Assembly: GCA_036397635.1 (NCBI GenBank)
Contig: DASWIP010000031.1
Span: forward strand, 6,536 to 70,535
Length of the DNA stretch: 64,000 nt
Direction: 5' to 3'
Source: Actinomycetota bacterium
Lineage (GTDB): Bacteria > Actinomycetota > AC-67
The number at the start of each line of letters is the position of its first letter. Within the stretch, counting starts at the first letter, position 1. Positions 1 through 10,369 of this stretch are shown piece by piece. The translations under genes and the position numbers were made by a program. The notes beneath the pieces were generated by a model. The model was not told the origin of the DNA. It saw only the letters and a program-made list of their open reading frames with translations, and did no database searches.

Positions 1-2019
1 GTAGGTGTCGCCTCGGCCCCAGTAGTAGTCGTTCCGGTTGTACTGCCAGGAGTAGGACACCGGCAGGATCGTCACCCAGACGCGATCGTCGGGCTGGGAA
101 TCGATCGCCGCCTGCACGAAGGCATCGTGCACCTTCATCGGTGCGATGGTGAAGCCGCCACAGCACTGGTAGCCCTGGGTCCGCAGAGCGATGCCCGCTC
201 CGAGGTTGCCCGACGCGGCTGCGTTGGTGTGGAACCCCATCATCTCGTGGAGCCCGTCGAACGCCTGGCCCCAGCGGCTGGCCGCACGCGAGGAGCTGGT
301 GTCGCGCAGCACCTGGCAGGACAGCAATGCGAACCACTCGAGATCCCGGTCGCCCCAGCGGGCTTCGGTGAACTGCAGCGACTGATCCGTCGGCCCGACG
401 GTGTTCTCGAACGTGAAGCTGTTCGGACCTCCGTGACCGCAGTAGAAGGCGTAGTCCACGTCGTCGGCGTAGAAATGATCGTTGCCGCCTGAGATCGTGT
501 CAGACTTGAAGTCGCTCTCCCACGAGGAGTTCGTGGACCACGTCCACCTGACCTGGGGCCGGGGGCTCGGCGAGTTGTTGGTCCAGTCGCGGAACCCGCC
601 GGTGTAGGGCGAGCAGGCCGGACTGTCGGTGCCTGACCACGATGCGACCTGGTTCCCCCCCTGCGCGTGGCTGCCGCCATGACCCTCGAAGTCGGGGAGC
701 GGGAGCCCGAGCGCGGCGGCTGCGGGTGGCTCATCGATGACGGGCGGCTCGAGCGAGATCTCGAAGCTCTGCTGCGCGGTGGCGACCAAGCCGTTCGCGT
801 CGGTCACCATCAGCGTGAGCGTCTCAGGGATCGGGATGGTCTCAGGGATCGGGATGAGTGCCCTTTCCGGATCGGGGGTGATTTCGTAGGAGACCTCGCT
901 CGAGTTGGTTCCCACGCTGCCGTTGGTGGCGGAGGTCCACGCGTAGGCGTACGGCTCCGTCCCGCCGGAAACCTCGGCCATCGCGCTCACCGTTGACCCA
1001 TCGACGAATCCACCGATCTGGGCCTGCGGCGCGTTCAACACGGCCGGCACGTACTGGTCCAGCGGGATGGTGCCGTCGACGCCCTCGGGCAGACTGGCGC
1101 TGCACTCGAAGTGCGGCACGAGCGTTCCGACCTTCACGTCAAGGCTGGGTGCGAAGTAGACGAGGTCGGCGGAGATCTCAGCTCCTTCCGGTGCGTCCAG
1201 GGCCGCGTCGCAGATGCTCGGTCCAGCGAGTGGATCCGCGATCGGAACGCGAGCCCCGTCGGTGACCTGGCGCAGAGCGTACTGGGCTTGGGCCACCGTC
1301 CCGTCGGGGTTCACCGTGACGCTGACGTTGGCTCCCGGACCCGTGACCCGAACCCCGTCGAGCGCGATCTGCATGGAGACCTGCGTATCGAACAGCCACT
1401 CGGCGCGGTCGCCGATGCCGGGAAGAGCCGGCAGCAGCGAATTCGGGTTCAGTTGGAATGCGACCTTGGAGTTGGAGACGGTGCTGATCGCGTTCCCGGG
1501 AAGGAGCGCGGCGTCGTCGAGGGCTCCCTCAACGAAGTCGGTAGCGGCCTCGGCGCTGAGCACTGCTGGGCCGCCGTTCTGCAACGTCAACGCGATGTCG
1601 AGCAGGTTCAACGTGTCGAGGCCGGGGATCGGATCACCGGGATCGGCGAGGAAATAGAGCTCTTCGGGCAGTCCCTCGGGCATGGTCGGCCCCAGAGGTG
1701 GCACGGTCAACAACGTGGGAAGCTGCTGGAACTGCGCCTCGTCCAGGAACCAGAACACGCCGTTGTCGTCGATCGGCGGCCGGTCGCCGAGCCGTCCACC
1801 GAGCCTCAATGCGGCCACGAGCGCGTCGCCCTGCGCTGCCGTCAGCCCATCGGAGACGACCGTGAGCGTGGTTGCGAAGCACGACGAACGACCCGCCGGC
1901 GAGTACTTACACGCGATCCGTGACGACGGATCGGGATCGGTCCCCCGACCGACGGCGGTCGAGAACGGCGCCATCGTGACCAGCACGGCCACCAACGCCA
2001 AAGCACGTTTCGCTCGCAT
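1..2019 (-). CDS. Secreted hypothetical protein, 3' partial (runs off window at position 1); N-terminal signal peptide MRAKRALALVAVLVTMAPFSTAVG
   Basis: Hand translation of the minus strand gives an uninterrupted frame of more than 670 codons from the ATG at 2019-2017 to the window edge. A GGGGGAG SD sits just upstream. The gene is absent from the ORF track because no stop lies in the window, and the plus-strand track ORFs 1111..1923 and 1214..1657 are antisense to it. Confidence 0.7.
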   Translation of the reverse strand, partial: MRAKRALALVAVLVTMAPFSTAVGRGTDPDPSSRIACKYSPAGRSSCFATTLTVVSDGLTAAQGDALVAALRLGGRLGDRPPIDDNGVFWFLDEAQFQQLPTLLTVPPLGPTMPEGLPEELYFLADPGDPIPGLDTLNLLDIALTLQNGGPAVLSAEAATDFVEGALDDAALLPGNAISTVSNSKVAFQLNPNSLLPALPGIGDRAEWLFDTQVSMQIALDGVRVTGPGANVSVTVNPDGTVAQAQYALRQVTDGARVPIADPLAGPSICDAALDAPEGAEISADLVYFAPSLDVKVGTLVPHFECSASLPEGVDGTIPLDQYVPAVLNAPQAQIGGFVDGSTVSAMAEVSGGTEPYAYAWTSATNGSVGTNSSEVSYEITPDPERALIPIPETIPIPETLTLMVTDANGLVATAQQSFEISLEPPVIDEPPAAAALGLPLPDFEGHGGSHAQGGNQVASWSGTDSPACSPYTGGFRDWTNNSPSPRPQVRWTWSTNSSWESDFKSDTISGGNDHFYADDVDYAFYCGHGGPNSFTFENTVGPTDQSLQFTEARWGDRDLEWFALLSCQVLRDTSSSRAASRWGQAFDGLHEMMGFHTNAAASGNLGAGIALRTQGYQCCGGFTIAPMKVHDAFVQAAIDSQPDDRVWVTILPVSYSWQYNRNDYYWGRGDTY

Positions 2020-2255
2020 CGTGGATCTCCCCCCTCGCCGGGACGCGCTCGGCGAACACGGCCCCCGGATCGACTGATGCGATGAACGTATGCGCGCGCA
2101 CGACGAGGTTCAATACGGGAAATCGCGTAGGGCTCGACGTGCCGATCGCGAGGGGCTCGAGACCGTCGAATGCGAGTGGCGCATCATCGTCGGCTGCTGA
2201 GAGCAGGTGGGGAAGCGGTCGGGCAGGAGAGGGAGCCTCGAAGGACGAATCTGTG

Positions 2256-2786
2256 ATGGAGTTCTCACTCGAGCTGTGGGGAGGTCCTCCCGTGAACGTC
2301 TCCAGATCCCGCGCTGCTGTGGCGCTGGCCGCCGTAGCCGCCGCGGTACTGGTCTCGGGTCCAGCGCCGCCCGCGCAGGCTGATCACTGCAATCGGATCG
2401 TGCTGCACTCGGGGACCGGGCTGCTTATCGATGCGGGACTGGCCGGCTGCCATATGCCGGCGGGGCATGTCGACACGGATCACATCAATCCCGGCTCCTC
2501 GAGCCTGCAAGTGCGCGTGCTGGGAACCGAGAGGCCGTCGGACGTGAGCACGCTCGCCTTCCCCGGTCTGACCGACTCAAGGTCGTGCGCGGACGGTGTG
2601 TGTGGGCTTACCCAGTGGACGTTCGAGCCTGAGGGAACCGTCAGCCATCCGGAGCCGCTTTGGGACAGCGCCTTCTTCTCGATCGCGCGCGCGTCGAGCG
2701 TCGATGGGGGCGAAGCGGTTGTGACGATCTGCTTCGACGACGCAGGCACGGACTGCGTGTCGCGCACGTACCGCACGCTGGCCTGA
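2256..2786 (+). CDS. Small secreted hypothetical protein (signal peptide, Cys-containing)
   Basis: Internal ATG of ORF 2082..2786 at 2256 has an AAGGA SD 10 nt upstream, followed by a hydrophobic AVALAAVAAAVLVSGPAPPAQA signal-like segment. Confidence 0.45.
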   Translation: MEFSLELWGGPPVNVSRSRAAVALAAVAAAVLVSGPAPPAQADHCNRIVLHSGTGLLIDAGLAGCHMPAGHVDTDHINPGSSSLQVRVLGTERPSDVSTLAFPGLTDSRSCADGVCGLTQWTFEPEGTVSHPEPLWDSAFFSIARASSVDGGEAVVTICFDDAGTDCVSRTYRTLA

Positions 2787-2982
2787 AGCAACTGAGGGGT
2801 CCAACCGTCGTCACGCGACGCGTGCTCGGATGCGCGGCGGGACTGATCGAAGCGGGCTGCGCGATCTCGATTATGCTGACCACAGGCAGCACGGAGGAGG
2901 CGCTCGAACGCCTGCCTGATCATTCGATCGTTGGCTAGTTCCGGAGGCGGGGGACCACGGGGCGACGGTCAGATGTCTTCAG

Positions 2983-3855
2983 ATGATGGACTGGATCCGA
3001 GAAGGAGAAGCTCTGCCGCCCGCCTTGCCGGGTGAGCCGGACAGTTCCCGCGCGACTCGACCGACGGTGGTCGAGGATGAGGCCGGCGATCTGCGGATGT
3101 GGTACGCGGGTCACGACGGCTCGACGTCTCGGATCCTTGGAGCCGTCCAAAGGGTCGGGGAAGCGTGGAAGCGAATCGGTGTGGTCATCGATGCCGGTTT
3201 CTCGGGCGATGCGGACCACTATGGCGTCGAGTCTCCGTGCGTTGTGCGCACCCCCGGCGGGTACCTGATGTCCTACGGCGGCTTCGACGGCGAAGTCACG
3301 AGGCTCCACATGGCGACCTCGGCCGATGGACTGAACTGGGCTCCGCAAGGCACCATCATGCAGCGGGAAGCGGAGGACGTCCTTGCGGCCACCGATCCTT
3401 GCCTGCTCGTTTCGGGATCAGGGGTGTGGCTGTATTACACGGGCCATTCCGAGGTCGCGAACCTGCCGCGGGCAACCATCATGGCCGCTGTGTCCCCCTC
3501 CGGTGCGTCCTGGGATCGCATCGGCCCGGTGCTCGAGCCCGCCCCCGGCGAGGTTGCCCTCTCGCATGCCTGCGTCCTCGACGTCGCGGCGACCTTCTGG
3601 ATGTTCTTCGGTTGCGACGACGGCAGCCGCTCCACGATAGAGATGGCGACCTCGCGCGACGGCGTGACCTGGGAACGACGCGGAACGACGCTCTCGCCGT
3701 CGGGGACCGGACCAGACGCGCGTTCGGTACACGGCCCATGCGCAGTGCGCCTGCACGACGGAACTCTGCGGATGTGGTACGCGGGACTCGCAGCCGAGGA
3801 TCAGGGGCCCTCCTATCGCATCTGTTCCGCGAGGTTCCCTGCGCCGCCCTTTTAG
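2983..3855 (+). CDS. Five-bladed beta-propeller glycoside hydrolase-like protein (GH43/GH32/GH130-like)
   Basis: Four repeated blade motifs (E/D)xPC(V/L)x...G..(L/M)xYxG are present: ESPCVVRTPGGYLMSYGG, TDPCLLVSGSGVWLYYTG, SHACVLDVAATFWMFFGCDDG and HGPCAVRLHDGTLRMWYAG. Confidence 0.5.
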   Translation: MMDWIREGEALPPALPGEPDSSRATRPTVVEDEAGDLRMWYAGHDGSTSRILGAVQRVGEAWKRIGVVIDAGFSGDADHYGVESPCVVRTPGGYLMSYGGFDGEVTRLHMATSADGLNWAPQGTIMQREAEDVLAATDPCLLVSGSGVWLYYTGHSEVANLPRATIMAAVSPSGASWDRIGPVLEPAPGEVALSHACVLDVAATFWMFFGCDDGSRSTIEMATSRDGVTWERRGTTLSPSGTGPDARSVHGPCAVRLHDGTLRMWYAGLAAEDQGPSYRICSARFPAPPF

Positions 3856-5753
3856 CCTCGGGCCAGCGCGCGCCGGTGCTCGGAGCGAGGGGCTTGCGGG
3901 AGCGTGAACCGGAAGATGGAGCCCTTGTCCGGCTCACTCTGGAACGAGATCTGCCCGCCGTGCGCCTCGACGAGCCGCTTGGTCAAGGCGAGCCCCAGGC
4001 CGGTCGAGGGCTGACCGCGCAGCGGCGCCGTTCCTTGGGCCCGGTAGAAGGGCTCGAAGATGAGATCCCAGGCATCGGCTGGCACGCCGACGCCCGTGTC
4101 GCTCACCGTGATCTCGACCGCGCCGCTGCCCTCGACCGCGCCGCTGCTCTCGACCGCGCGCACCTCGATCCGCCCGCCAGGCGGGGTGTACTTGACCGCG
4201 TTGTCGAGAAGGTTCTGCACGATGCCTCTGAGCCGCCGCGGGTCCACGATGACGCGCGGCAGGGTGCGTGGGATCCGGACGGTGACGATGAGGTCGTCTT
4301 GATCGAACAGCGGCTGCATGCTGGGGATGACATCGTCGAGGACCTCGCGGACCGACACCGACTCTGGCTCGATCGTCAGCATGCCGGCTTCCATCTTCGC
4401 GAAATCGAGGATCTCGTTGACCAGGGCGAGCAGCTCGCGCGCCGAGCCATCGATCCGCCGGCCGGCGTGCGCGACGACGGCGTCCTTGGGCGCCTGCTCC
4501 AGGAGCATCGCCGCCTGGTTGAGGATGACGGCCAGCGGTGTCCGCAACTCGTGCGAGATCGACGCGAACAGCTCGTTGCGTTGTCCAAGCAGGCGCTGCA
4601 CCTCCTCGGTGCGCTGTTTCACGCGGGCGTCCAACGTGTCATGGCTCAACTGCAACTGATCGGCCATCTGATTGATCCCGAGCGCGAGCGACCCGATCTC
4701 GTCGGCGCCTTCCATGGTGGCGCGCGCGCTCAACTCGCCCCGGCCGAGACTGTGAACCGTGGACACCAACGGCCGGACCTGACCGACGACGACGCGGGAG
4801 AGCAACGCGCCGATCCCCACGACGCCGGCCATCCCCACCAACAGCAGCAGGCCAAGCTGGACCGCTGCTCGGCGCGCGGCTGCGAAGGCAGGCGCCGTGG
4901 GGGTCTGGAACGCCAGCGTCCCGAGCCTTCGTCCCTGCACTTCGTAGGGCGCGTAGAGGACGGCGAACTCCCGACCGCCGCTGCGGATGGTCTGGCGGCG
5001 GGAGGTACCCTCGTCCAACATCGGGACGTTCGTCGGTCGTAACCAAGGGCCGGCCGTTCCCAACTCACTCCCTTTTGCCGTGTAGAGCGCGACGGCTTCG
5101 TCGCCTGGGAACTCGCCGGAGGCTCGCGCCAGCGATTCGTCGAGTAGACCCTCCAGGCGCATCGCGACGATGGCCACGCCTACCACCTCGCACGGCTCGG
5201 ACGAAGCGCACACCGGCGTCGCGATCGCCAGCATCCTGGCATCTTGATCCTCGAGCACACCTGCATGTCGTCCCCCGTCGCGGTCTGCGAGGGCCACTTC
5301 GACGAAGCGCTCGTCGAACCGCGGTGCCGGGCCAGGCTCCGATCCTCTCGACCTGAGCGCGACCGGCCGGCGCGTCGGCTCCAGGACCACTGAGAGGTCG
5401 AGGTCGCTCTTCAACCGTTGCACGGAGCCCAGCAGCCGCGATACCGCGCGCACGTCCCGGTCCGAGACCGCCGTCGCCATCCCCTGGAGGTTCGACGCGA
5501 AGTTGACCGACTCGAGCAGGTAGAGCTCACGATCACGGAGCAAGGTGCGAACGTTGAGGGACCGCTGGAGCAGCTCCTGGTCGAGCTGAGCTTCGGCGCG
5601 CGCGGCGAGCTCGTGGATGATCCGGAAACCGCCCGCCGTACCGACGATCACCATAAGCGCGAAGAAGGGGATGAGCAGCTTCCAGAACAGCGGGAGATCG
5701 CGGAACCACGATCGCCGGTGGGGCGTCCGAACCCGTGCGGCCCTTCGAGACAT
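3852..5753 (-). CDS. Sensor histidine kinase (TM, HAMP, HisKA, HATPase_c)
   Basis: N-terminal TM helix, H-box SISHELRTPL, N-box LLDNAVKYT, and G-boxes DTGVGV / GLGLAL. Confidence 0.9.
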   Translation of the reverse strand: MSRRAARVRTPHRRSWFRDLPLFWKLLIPFFALMVIVGTAGGFRIIHELAARAEAQLDQELLQRSLNVRTLLRDRELYLLESVNFASNLQGMATAVSDRDVRAVSRLLGSVQRLKSDLDLSVVLEPTRRPVALRSRGSEPGPAPRFDERFVEVALADRDGGRHAGVLEDQDARMLAIATPVCASSEPCEVVGVAIVAMRLEGLLDESLARASGEFPGDEAVALYTAKGSELGTAGPWLRPTNVPMLDEGTSRRQTIRSGGREFAVLYAPYEVQGRRLGTLAFQTPTAPAFAAARRAAVQLGLLLLVGMAGVVGIGALLSRVVVGQVRPLVSTVHSLGRGELSARATMEGADEIGSLALGINQMADQLQLSHDTLDARVKQRTEEVQRLLGQRNELFASISHELRTPLAVILNQAAMLLEQAPKDAVVAHAGRRIDGSARELLALVNEILDFAKMEAGMLTIEPESVSVREVLDDVIPSMQPLFDQDDLIVTVRIPRTLPRVIVDPRRLRGIVQNLLDNAVKYTPPGGRIEVRAVESSGAVEGSGAVEITVSDTGVGVPADAWDLIFEPFYRAQGTAPLRGQPSTGLGLALTKRLVEAHGGQISFQSEPDKGSIFRFTLPQAPRSEHRRALARG

Positions 5754-5825
5754 CGCTCCCTCCCTGTGGGCCGCCGTCGGGCATGTGGCGAGGATCGCCG
5801 ACGCAAGCGTAACAGCGGTCGCGTG

Positions 5826-6887
5826 TCAGGCGGAACGGAGATACGCGATGACGGCCAGGACGCGGCGGTGGTCGTCGGGAGTGACCTCGAGCCCGAGCTT
5901 GGTGAAGATGCTCCGCACATGCGCCTCGACCGTCTTGGCGGTCAGCGAGAGATGCTCGGAGATCGCTTGATTGGACCGGCCCTCCGCCATTAACGCGAGC
6001 ACCTCACGCTCACGGGGTGAGATCGAAGCGAGGAGAGCACTTCCTCCTCCCACCAGCGAGCGAACCACGTCGGGATCGATCACGGTGTCACCGGCCACCA
6101 GCCGCACGAGCGCGTCGCGGAGTTGGTGTGGCTCGGACATCCGGCGATCGAGCAGCAGCCCGATGCCCGGCGCTCGCGTCACGACCGCGACATCGGCGGC
6201 GTCGGACAGCAGCAGGATGGGCAGATCGGCTCGGAACGCACGGAGCTGCGCGACCTCCGCATCGGTTCGGACGAGCGCGGCATCCGCGACCGCGACGTCG
6301 CAGGGCTGCTCTGCGATCAGAGCGAACAGATCTTCCAGTGTTTCCACCGAACCGAGCACGTCGAACCCGAGGTCCCCCACCACGCGCACGATCCCTTCGC
6401 GCATGAACATCGAACCGTGTGCGACGGTCACACGGAGCCGTGATTCGACGTTGGCCAAGCGGCGCAGCTCCGTGAGCACCAACCCGGCGAGGGTTGACGG
6501 GAACACGATCTCACCGGCGCGGATCGCGTGAACGGCATCGATGACGTCGGAAGCTTCAGCGGTCTTGACCAGGTATCCGGACGCACCTGCCTTGACGGCT
6601 CGGAGGACGTCAGACCGCTCCTCCGACGACGACAAGACCAGGACCTTCAACGCCGGTGTGTTCGAGAGCATCAGGGCGACCAGCCGGTCACCACTCTCGC
6701 CGGGCAGGCCCATATCCACGATCGCCAGCTCGGGGGATGTCTCGACGAGCATGGTCAACGCCGTGCCTGCATCGCCGGCCTCGGCGACCACGCGCGCGCC
6801 CGCGCGCTCGAGCATCGCGCGAAGCGTTTCACGCCAGATCGGGTGGTCGTCGACCAGCATCACCGTCGCCGGCTCTGGAACCGTCAT
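5826..6887 (-). CDS. Response regulator, LuxR/NarL family (REC + degenerate REC-like + LuxR HTH)
   Basis: MLVDDHP receiver start and a C-terminal LuxR HTH ([37 protein letters not shown]). The start was moved to the internal ATG at 6887-6885 (MTVPEP). The gene is co-directional with, and immediately upstream of, the histidine kinase. Confidence 0.85.
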   Translation of the reverse strand: MTVPEPATVMLVDDHPIWRETLRAMLERAGARVVAEAGDAGTALTMLVETSPELAIVDMGLPGESGDRLVALMLSNTPALKVLVLSSSEERSDVLRAVKAGASGYLVKTAEASDVIDAVHAIRAGEIVFPSTLAGLVLTELRRLANVESRLRVTVAHGSMFMREGIVRVVGDLGFDVLGSVETLEDLFALIAEQPCDVAVADAALVRTDAEVAQLRAFRADLPILLLSDAADVAVVTRAPGIGLLLDRRMSEPHQLRDALVRLVAGDTVIDPDVVRSLVGGGSALLASISPREREVLALMAEGRSNQAISEHLSLTAKTVEAHVRSIFTKLGLEVTPDDHRRVLAVIAYLRSA

Positions 6888-7034
6888 GGGCGGAGTCTCA
6901 CATCCCAGTGCTGAGCGCGCAATGGAGCACACCCCGCATCTTCTGAGCTGGGGGTAACCCTCAAGCCATCTTCGCGGGCCTCCCCCGATGCGACACACGA
7001 TCCGTGAGGGGCACTATGTGCCACAGGGGACGAT

Positions 7035-7736
7035 ATGGCACCGATCAGCAGACCGAGCAGCCTCGAGGGGATACGACCCCTCCTCGCGGTCGTGATCTCG
7101 ATGACGCTGGTCATGGGTGGCATCCTGATCGGATCCCGGCTCCCCGGGCGGGATGTCACGCTGCGCTATCCAACCGGCTTCGCGCTCGACTATGCGGGCG
7201 CGCCCGCAGATTCATTCGTTCCGCTGACAGCGGACGGTCTGTCTCGCGGATCAGACCTCACGCCCCACGGCTCTGGCTCTGCCGACGACGTTCTGACTGG
7301 TGACGGGCGGGCGTTCCAAGGACCGGACCCCGAGTGCCGCGACAACCCGTACGACCTCCGCCCCCGACCGTGCGAGGCGACGAGCCAGAGCGTGGAGTAC
7401 GTAGCGACTCCGGGGGGCTTGGGCGTCAATTACGAAGACTCTCCCGCGAGCGTCGGCGGTCAGATCTTCCAGGTTCCATCGACACTGCGCAGCATCCGGG
7501 TCGAGGACGACAACGGCCCCGGCGTGTCGGTGTTCGTCTGCCAGCGGTACGTGGCCGACGGGAGGGGCGACATCTGCACGAGTGGCGACGTGGAGTTGCG
7601 GTTCTGCTCGGCGGCTGGACCGCTCGATGTCAGCGGTGAGGGATTCAGGCCGGGGTACTTCCGCATCCGTGTGGACACCGCGAGCCCGACCTGCCCAACC
7701 GCGGGAACAACGGGAACCATCACCATCACCTGGTAG
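7035..7736 (+). CDS. Membrane-anchored/secreted hypothetical protein
   Basis: AGGGGA SD, N-terminal TM segment LLAVVISMTLVMGGILIG, and a Cys-containing extracytoplasmic domain. Confidence 0.5.
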   Translation: MAPISRPSSLEGIRPLLAVVISMTLVMGGILIGSRLPGRDVTLRYPTGFALDYAGAPADSFVPLTADGLSRGSDLTPHGSGSADDVLTGDGRAFQGPDPECRDNPYDLRPRPCEATSQSVEYVATPGGLGVNYEDSPASVGGQIFQVPSTLRSIRVEDDNGPGVSVFVCQRYVADGRGDICTSGDVELRFCSAAGPLDVSGEGFRPGYFRIRVDTASPTCPTAGTTGTITITW

Positions 7737-7782
7737 CGCCTGACGCAACAGTCGGCGATGCCAGCCGAGAAGGGGGAAGGGC

Positions 7783-8229
7783 ATGTCCAAGAGACTGAGT
7801 ACGACGGTCTTGGCCTTAGTCGCGAGCATGGCGTTCGCATCGCCGGTGATCTCGCACGCCGGAACGGACCACTACATCTACCGCGCCGGCGACTCGACGG
7901 GCACCAATCTGCTTTCCACCGTGGAAACCCCGGCCGGGCGCGCCGCGCCGCTGGGCTACTTCTTCGTACGTCCCGTCGGCACCAGCTTCACGTTGAATGT
8001 GGACGACCAGGGAACCCTCGATGGGCTCGAGGTCGCCGTGAGCGCCCATACGTCCGACGGGTTCTTATTCGTGGGCTGCTTGCCGGTGCGAACCACGAGG
8101 ACGATCACGGGCGCCAGGCCGGGTGCGGAAGTCGTGATCTGGATCGAGAACCTCGGTCCACGCTCGTTCCCCGGCGCTTGCAGCGGCATGGCAACCGCCG
8201 GCATCGCAACCGTCACCGGCGTTCAGTAG
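7783..8229 (+). CDS. Small secreted hypothetical protein
   Basis: AAGGGGGAAGGG SD and signal peptide MSKRLSTTVLALVASMAFASPVISHA. The gene ends 18 nt before the S8 peptidase start. The overlapping 5' part of track ORF 7758..10241 is in another frame and was rejected. Confidence 0.55.
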   Translation: MSKRLSTTVLALVASMAFASPVISHAGTDHYIYRAGDSTGTNLLSTVETPAGRAAPLGYFFVRPVGTSFTLNVDDQGTLDGLEVAVSAHTSDGFLFVGCLPVRTTRTITGARPGAEVVIWIENLGPRSFPGACSGMATAGIATVTGVQ

Positions 8230-8246
8230 CACTTACAGGGGGAGAC

Positions 8247-10241
8247 ATGAACGCGATGATCAGAAGGATGGCGCTCGCTGCGAGCATCGTGCTGGCGGCG
8301 GCGGGATCGGTCGGTGCCTCGCACGCATCGGTGACACCGGTTGCACCGCGACCGGCGACGGTCCTAGACGCCGGCCTCGTTGCGATGCTGGACGCCGCGG
8401 AGCCGGGCGAGTCCCTGATCGTCTTCGTCCATGGCGAGGGGCGGGAGGACGCGTCGCGCGCGGCGCGAGCGGTGGGCCTCGACGTGCTGGAGCGCTGGGA
8501 GAAGGTCGGCGTCGCGGTCGCCTCTGGCTCTGCGGAGGCCATCCGACGGCTCTCTGCGGATCCCTCGGTGACCTACATCGAGCCAGACCGCCCGGTCGAG
8601 ATGCTCCTGGACACCGCACACATCGCGACGCGCGCGCAGGAGGCTCGCGAGCCCGCCGCAGGGCTGCTCGAGCCAGAGGGGTTCCCCTACGACGGCACCG
8701 GGGTGACGATCGCCATCCCCGACTCGGGGATCGACGCGACGCACCCGATGTTCGTGCAGGACGGAACCTCGAAGGTGGTGCGCAACCTGCGCCATGCCTG
8801 CCTCGAATCGGCTCCGTGCAGCGCCTGGGTCGAGGCCGACGACAACGACGCTGCCGACGGGCACGGCACCGCCGTGGCAAGCGTCGCAGCGGGCTACGAG
8901 CGCGTCAGCGCCAGGGGCAGGACCGTCCGCGGGGTTGCCCCCGGGGCGAAGCTCGTAGGGCTAGGGAGCGAGGGCGTCTATCTCTATGGCCACCTCAGCG
9001 GCTTCAACTGGGTCCTTGAGAATCACGCGGATCCCTGCGGTGATGGAACGTGTCCTCCGATCCGCGTGATGAGCTACTCGGGAGGGTCGGCGGATTCGGT
9101 GACGGCCGCGCAGCTGGTAGAGGCGTTGGTGTCTGAGGGGATCACCGTGACCGTGGCGGTGGGCAACGACGGCGGCGACGGGTCACAGGACAACGTCTCT
9201 CCGCTGGTGCATACCACGACGCCCGGCGTCATCGGCGTCGCGAACTACGAAGACAACGACATCGGCAGCAGGGACTACGGTCTGGACCCCAGCAGCGGGC
9301 GAGGACTCAGGACCGATCCAAGCAGTTATCCCGACCTCGCCGCGCCGGGGACTTGGATCACCCTGGCATGCAGGGCCACGCAACGGAGGTGCCAGCCGGG
9401 CCTCGAAGCGGATCCCGATTACTCGATCCTCACCGGGACGTCCCTCTCTGCTCCGTACGTCGCAGGCGTCGTTGCCTTGCTCGTCGAGGCGAACCCTGCG
9501 CTAACGCCCGCGGACATCGAGGACCTGCTGGAGGACACCGCCTATCAGTTCGGAACGGCCGACTATGTCGCTGATCCGACCAACCCGAACCATACGACCT
9601 CGTTCGACCGGGGTCACGGCCTCGTCGATGTCACGGCGGCCCTGGCGGCCGCGCTGGAGCGACCGGCACCGTACTGGAGCTGCGGTACCGGTGACATCGT
9701 CGATCCGGAGGGCGACGCGACGGCCCTCGCCGAGGAGACGGGCTTGTCGCCGCCGTCGGCCGACGGCCTGGACATCACGCGCGCGTGGGTGAGCACCGAC
9801 CCAACAACCGGCGCGCTCACGTTCGCCGTGCGGCTGGCCGATCTCGGGGAGCTTCCCCCGGCGGCTGCTGTGGGCGAGTACCTGCGCTTCTACTTCACCT
9901 ACGCTGGCGCGCCCTACGAGGTCCACATGCAGCGGCTGGGTGGCGCCGCCGAGGCGAGCGTCCGATTCCATCTGCAAACGGCGGGGAGCGCCATCGATCG
10001 AGTGATCGTCGCCGACGACCTCGCCGGCAGCTTCGACCATGTCGCAGACGTGGTTCGGGCAGTGGTTCCCGCCAGCGCGTTCAACGATTGGAACCCCGCC
10101 GTGCCGGTCGTCGTGGACGGCGACCTCCTGACCGGACTCCAGGTCACGTCCAACCGGCCGCACGGGAACCGTCCTGCAGGGCCGGCGTTCCTGATCGCCG
10201 ACACCGCCAAGGGCGCCTGTCCCCACATCGTCGGGTCCTAA
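8247..10241 (+). CDS. Subtilisin-like serine peptidase (S8) with inhibitor-I9-like propeptide
   Basis: AGGGGGAG SD before the ATG at 8247 and a signal peptide. The catalytic triad is visible: DSGID (Asp), HGTAVASVAAG (His) and GTSLSAPYVAGVVALL (Ser). Confidence 0.9.
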   Translation: MNAMIRRMALAASIVLAAAGSVGASHASVTPVAPRPATVLDAGLVAMLDAAEPGESLIVFVHGEGREDASRAARAVGLDVLERWEKVGVAVASGSAEAIRRLSADPSVTYIEPDRPVEMLLDTAHIATRAQEAREPAAGLLEPEGFPYDGTGVTIAIPDSGIDATHPMFVQDGTSKVVRNLRHACLESAPCSAWVEADDNDAADGHGTAVASVAAGYERVSARGRTVRGVAPGAKLVGLGSEGVYLYGHLSGFNWVLENHADPCGDGTCPPIRVMSYSGGSADSVTAAQLVEALVSEGITVTVAVGNDGGDGSQDNVSPLVHTTTPGVIGVANYEDNDIGSRDYGLDPSSGRGLRTDPSSYPDLAAPGTWITLACRATQRRCQPGLEADPDYSILTGTSLSAPYVAGVVALLVEANPALTPADIEDLLEDTAYQFGTADYVADPTNPNHTTSFDRGHGLVDVTAALAAALERPAPYWSCGTGDIVDPEGDATALAEETGLSPPSADGLDITRAWVSTDPTTGALTFAVRLADLGELPPAAAVGEYLRFYFTYAGAPYEVHMQRLGGAAEASVRFHLQTAGSAIDRVIVADDLAGSFDHVADVVRAVVPASAFNDWNPAVPVVVDGDLLTGLQVTSNRPHGNRPAGPAFLIADTAKGACPHIVGS

Positions 10242-10369
10242 CCCGAACCAGCATCGCGTTCCTGAATACGAAAGTGCTCCTCGCGAAGATTCACGGTCGG
10301 TTCGGCGAACTCGCCGGCGGCGCGCAGCCTCAACCCGACCGGCTCCAGTGCACCGACCAGGGCTGGTCC

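Noticed and set aside
1111-1923. 270 aa and 147 aa plus-strand ORFs near the left edge
   Set aside because: Both are antisense to the long, motif-rich minus-strand secreted-protein gene (1-2019) that the track missed because it lacks a stop in the window.
4115-4160. 18 bp tandem duplication (SGAVEG x2) inside the histidine-kinase gene
   Set aside because: Real but trivial. It is an in-frame 6-residue duplication in a linker of the ATPase domain, with no evident functional consequence.
3099-5042. 647 aa plus-strand ORF in the track
   Set aside because: Antisense to the clearly real histidine kinase, with an Arg-rich nonsense translation.
7758-8246. 5' extension of the subtilase ORF to 7758
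   Set aside because: It overlaps the well-supported small secreted-protein gene in another frame. The ATG at 8247 has a perfect SD and begins with a signal peptide.
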